NCBI GenBank assembly: GCA_041477815.1
Contig: JBGOUV010000001.1
Location: forward strand, 1 to 53,338
Reading direction: 5' to 3'
Length of the DNA: 53,338 nt
Source: Terriglobia bacterium
Lineage (GTDB): Bacteria > Acidobacteriota > Terriglobia > Bryobacterales > JACQDG01
The notes beneath the pieces are model-generated. The model did no database searches, was not told where the DNA came from, and saw nothing but the letters and a program-made list of their open reading frames with translations. A program made the position numbers and the translations under genes. Positions 51,049 to 53,338 of this stretch are shown here, in pieces. The first letter of the stretch is position 1. Each line of letters opens with the position of its first letter.

Positions 51049-52521
51049 ATGACGCTCGACGAGGTTCTCGCAGGCGTGAAAACGCTGGGGGCCGTGCCCC
51101 CGGTTCCGGTGCGCGGGGTGCAGTACGATTCGCGGAAACTGCAGGGGGGCGAGGTGTTCTTTGCCTTTCCCGGTGAGCGCGTGGATGGGCACCACTTCCT
51201 CCCGCAGGCGATCGAGAAAGGCGCCGCCGCGGTGGTCAGCGAGCGGCCTCCAGAGACCGGTGTCGCCGTGCCGTGGGTGCAGGTGGCTCACGGCAGGGTG
51301 GCCCTGGCCCTGGCGTCGCTGAATTTCTACGGCCACCCCGACCGGCGGCTGAAGCTTACCGGCGTCACCGGCACCAACGGGAAGACGACGACGGTATATC
51401 TGGTTGATGCCATGCTGCGGGCCGCGGGGTTCACCACGGGCTACTTCGGGACGATCGAGCAGATGATCGCCGGCGAAAGGCGTCCCACCGTAAACACGAC
51501 CCCCGAGTCGCTCGACCTGGTGCGGATGTTTGTAGAACTGGAGCAACGCGGTGGCGCCCATGCCACCTTCGAGGTGTCGTCGCACGCGCTGGAGCTGCGG
51601 CGGGTGTACGGTCTGGCGTTCCACACAGTAGTGTTCACCAACCTCACCAGAGACCACCTGGACTTCCACGGGACCATGGAGCGGTACGCCGCGGCCAAGC
51701 GGCGGCTGCTCGAAGGCGCCGGGGGGCCGCCGCCGCGGTATGCGGTGATCCACCACGGAGACCCCTGGGGACGCAAATGGGAGAAACTCGGCGGCTTCGA
51801 GCCCCTTACCTATGGCCTGGACAACGGGGCCGCGATTACCGCCGGCAGGGTGGTCTCGGATTTCGAAGGCGTGCGGTTCACCGCCTCGACGCCGGTGGGG
51901 CGGTTTGCCGTGCGGTCGCCGCTGCTGGGCAAGTTCAACGTGCTGAACCTCCTGGCCGCGATCGGCGTCGGGATTTCATATAATCTGACCGCCGAGGCGA
52001 TTGCGACCGGAGTGGCGGCTTGCCGCTCGGTGCCGGGCCGCCTGGAGCGCCTGGAGGGCACGCAACCGTTCGTGGTGGCCGTAGATTATGCTCATACCGA
52101 CGAGGCGCTGCGCAGCGTGATTCAGGCGGCCCGGGAGCTGGCCGCCGGCAAGGGCCGGGTGATCACGCTGTTCGGCTGCGGAGGCGACCGCGACCGGTCC
52201 AAGCGTCCGCTGATGGGCGAGGCGGCCGGGTCGTTGAGCGACCTGGTGGTGCTGACCTCGGACAACCCGCGGTCGGAGGATCCGCTCAATATCATCAATG
52301 ACGCCGTGATCGGCTTGCAGCGCGCCAATGCGCGTTACCAGGTGGAGGCCGACCGGGCCGCGGCCATCCGCAAAGCCATTAGTGAAGCGCGGGCCGGCGA
52401 CATCGTGCTGCTGGCGGGTAAAGGACATGAAACCTACCAGGCGTGCGCCGGCCGGACCGTTCCCTTCGACGATCGCGAAGTGGCCCGCCGGGTGCTGGAG
52501 GAGTTGGGCTACCGCCCCTGA
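51049..52521 (+). CDS. murE: UDP-N-acetylmuramoyl-L-alanyl-D-glutamate--2,6-diaminopimelate ligase
   Basis: ORF track 490 aa. GVTGTNGKTT P-loop. DNPR motif (TSDNPRSEDP), typical of meso-DAP-adding MurE. Confidence 0.92.
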   Translation: MTLDEVLAGVKTLGAVPPVPVRGVQYDSRKLQGGEVFFAFPGERVDGHHFLPQAIEKGAAAVVSERPPETGVAVPWVQVAHGRVALALASLNFYGHPDRRLKLTGVTGTNGKTTTVYLVDAMLRAAGFTTGYFGTIEQMIAGERRPTVNTTPESLDLVRMFVELEQRGGAHATFEVSSHALELRRVYGLAFHTVVFTNLTRDHLDFHGTMERYAAAKRRLLEGAGGPPPRYAVIHHGDPWGRKWEKLGGFEPLTYGLDNGAAITAGRVVSDFEGVRFTASTPVGRFAVRSPLLGKFNVLNLLAAIGVGISYNLTAEAIATGVAACRSVPGRLERLEGTQPFVVAVDYAHTDEALRSVIQAARELAAGKGRVITLFGCGGDRDRSKRPLMGEAAGSLSDLVVLTSDNPRSEDPLNIINDAVIGLQRANARYQVEADRAAAIRKAISEARAGDIVLLAGKGHETYQACAGRTVPFDDREVARRVLEELGYRP

Positions 52522-53338
52522 TGCTTTTATCGTGGGAAGAAATTGCTCGAATGACCGGCGCCGACGCGCCGTCCGGGAAGAACTTGCCGATCCGGGTGGA
52601 GGGCTATTCGATTGACTCGCGAACCGTCGGGACGGGGGAGGTCTTCTTCGCGGTGCGCGGGAAGCGGGACGGTCACGAGTTTGTGGACGCGGCGCTCGCG
52701 GCTGGGGCGGCAGGCGCCGTGGTGGCCCGAGGCCTGGCGCGACAGCGCGACCGGCTGCTCTTCGTGCCCGATCCCCAGACCGCGCTGCAACAACTGGCAC
52801 GGCAGGCGCGTGAGAAATGGAACGGCCGCGTGGTGGCCGTGACCGGCAGCAACGGCAAGACCACGACCAAGGAGATTGTGGCGGCGCTGCTCCGGACCCG
52901 CTACCGCGTGGCCAAGTCCGACGGCAACCTGAATAACGATCTGGGACTGCCGCTGTCGCTCCTACGTCTGGACGACGCCGCCGAAGTCGGGGTGCTGGAG
53001 ATGGGTATGAACCACGCGGGTGAGATCCGGGCCCTGGCTGCGATCGCCCAGCCCGACGTCGGCGTAGTGACCAACGTGAGCGCCGCCCACCTGGAGTTCT
53101 TCGCTTCCGTCGATGAAATTGCGCTGGCCAAACGGGAGTTGATCGAGAGCCTGCGACCCGACGGCGTGGCCGTGCTGAACGCCGACGATGAGCGCGTGCG
53201 GGGTTTTGCCGCCGCTCATCCCGGCCGGGTGGTGACCTACGGCGTGGAGAACGAAGCGGAGGTGCGGGCGATGGAGGTGGAGTCGCTGGGTCCGGCGGGG
53301 ACGTTGTTCCGCGTGGCTGGAGTGGCCGGCGATTTCCG
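52521..53338 (+). CDS. murF: UDP-N-acetylmuramoyl-tripeptide--D-alanyl-D-alanine ligase, N-terminal 272 codons (runs off window)
   Basis: Absent from the ORF track because there is no stop in the window. My translation from the ATG at 52521 (TGATG overlap with the murE stop) reads MLLSWEEIARMTGA...VAVTGSNGKTTTKEIVAALL...GNLNNDLGLPLSLLRL...VLEMGMNHAGEI. Confidence 0.88.
   Translation, partial: MLLSWEEIARMTGADAPSGKNLPIRVEGYSIDSRTVGTGEVFFAVRGKRDGHEFVDAALAAGAAGAVVARGLARQRDRLLFVPDPQTALQQLARQAREKWNGRVVAVTGSNGKTTTKEIVAALLRTRYRVAKSDGNLNNDLGLPLSLLRLDDAAEVGVLEMGMNHAGEIRALAAIAQPDVGVVTNVSAAHLEFFASVDEIALAKRELIESLRPDGVAVLNADDERVRGFAAAHPGRVVTYGVENEAEVRAMEVESLGPAGTLFRVAGVAGDF

Noticed and set aside
1-53338. 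Prophage, IS element, integron or genomic-island boundaries
   Set aside because: I recognised no integrase, transposase, recombinase or tRNA attachment site, and no long direct repeats. The only compositionally deviant segments are the small toxin islet (2131-3707) and the orphan gene (17941-18963). Neither has recognisable mobility genes.

Overview
GC-rich bacterial chromosomal segment, roughly two-thirds G+C by eye, with many long antisense shadow ORFs. The gene content suggests an Acidobacteriota-like origin (inference): a CarboxypepD_reg-type TonB-dependent receptor, many Tat/Sec-exported hydrolases, and the lptB-rpoN-hpf-rapZ and mraZ-rsmH-ftsL-ftsI-murE-murF blocks. I support about 55 protein genes.

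Layout, left to right:
- 1-2071: mazG-GNAT-OSBS/NSAR operon on the minus strand.
- 2131-3707: lower-GC three-gene islet with a Gp49/HigB-like toxin, a long XRE regulator and a DUF3467-like protein.
- 3915-13870: accessory cluster of mostly exported amino-acid/peptide enzymes. It holds an MBL hydrolase, a Tat-signal class V aminotransferase, an MFS transporter, an MIO ammonia-lyase/aminomutase, an M20 peptidase, an SDR, a cupin, a Tat-signal RidA and a tandem M42 peptidase.
- 13873-13997: perfect 42-bp inverted repeat.
- 13993-14926: frameshifted AIR-synthase-related gene.
- 14954-23446: peptidase/hydrolase genes (M24, two beta-lactamase-fold paralogs, Tat-signal SelA-like PLP enzyme, GGT) plus one lower-GC orphan gene.
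- 24099-32453: long minus-strand operon of cupin, SGNH hydrolase, a 734-aa LptC/LptA-like protein, lptB, rpoN, hpf, rapZ and a hypothetical protein.
- 32566-34449: a possible small membrane ORF, then an NHL repeat protein and a second propeller-like protein.
- 34450-35030: 580-nt structured non-coding leader ahead of an APC-Usp transporter.
- 39007-42273: TonB-dependent receptor.
- 42295-43669: AAA+/DUF4143 ATPase behind a leaderless-type promoter carrying three evenly spaced dyad operators.
- 43603-46877: sugar-related genes.
- 46987 onward: start of the dcw cluster, with 10-bp-periodic GTGGG boxes.

I recognised no rRNA, tRNA, CRISPR array, transposase or integrase. Three single-base frame disruptions in two genes all look like 1-nt deletions, so each could be a real pseudogene or an assembly error. 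All family assignments come from reading motifs by eye; no database search was run.
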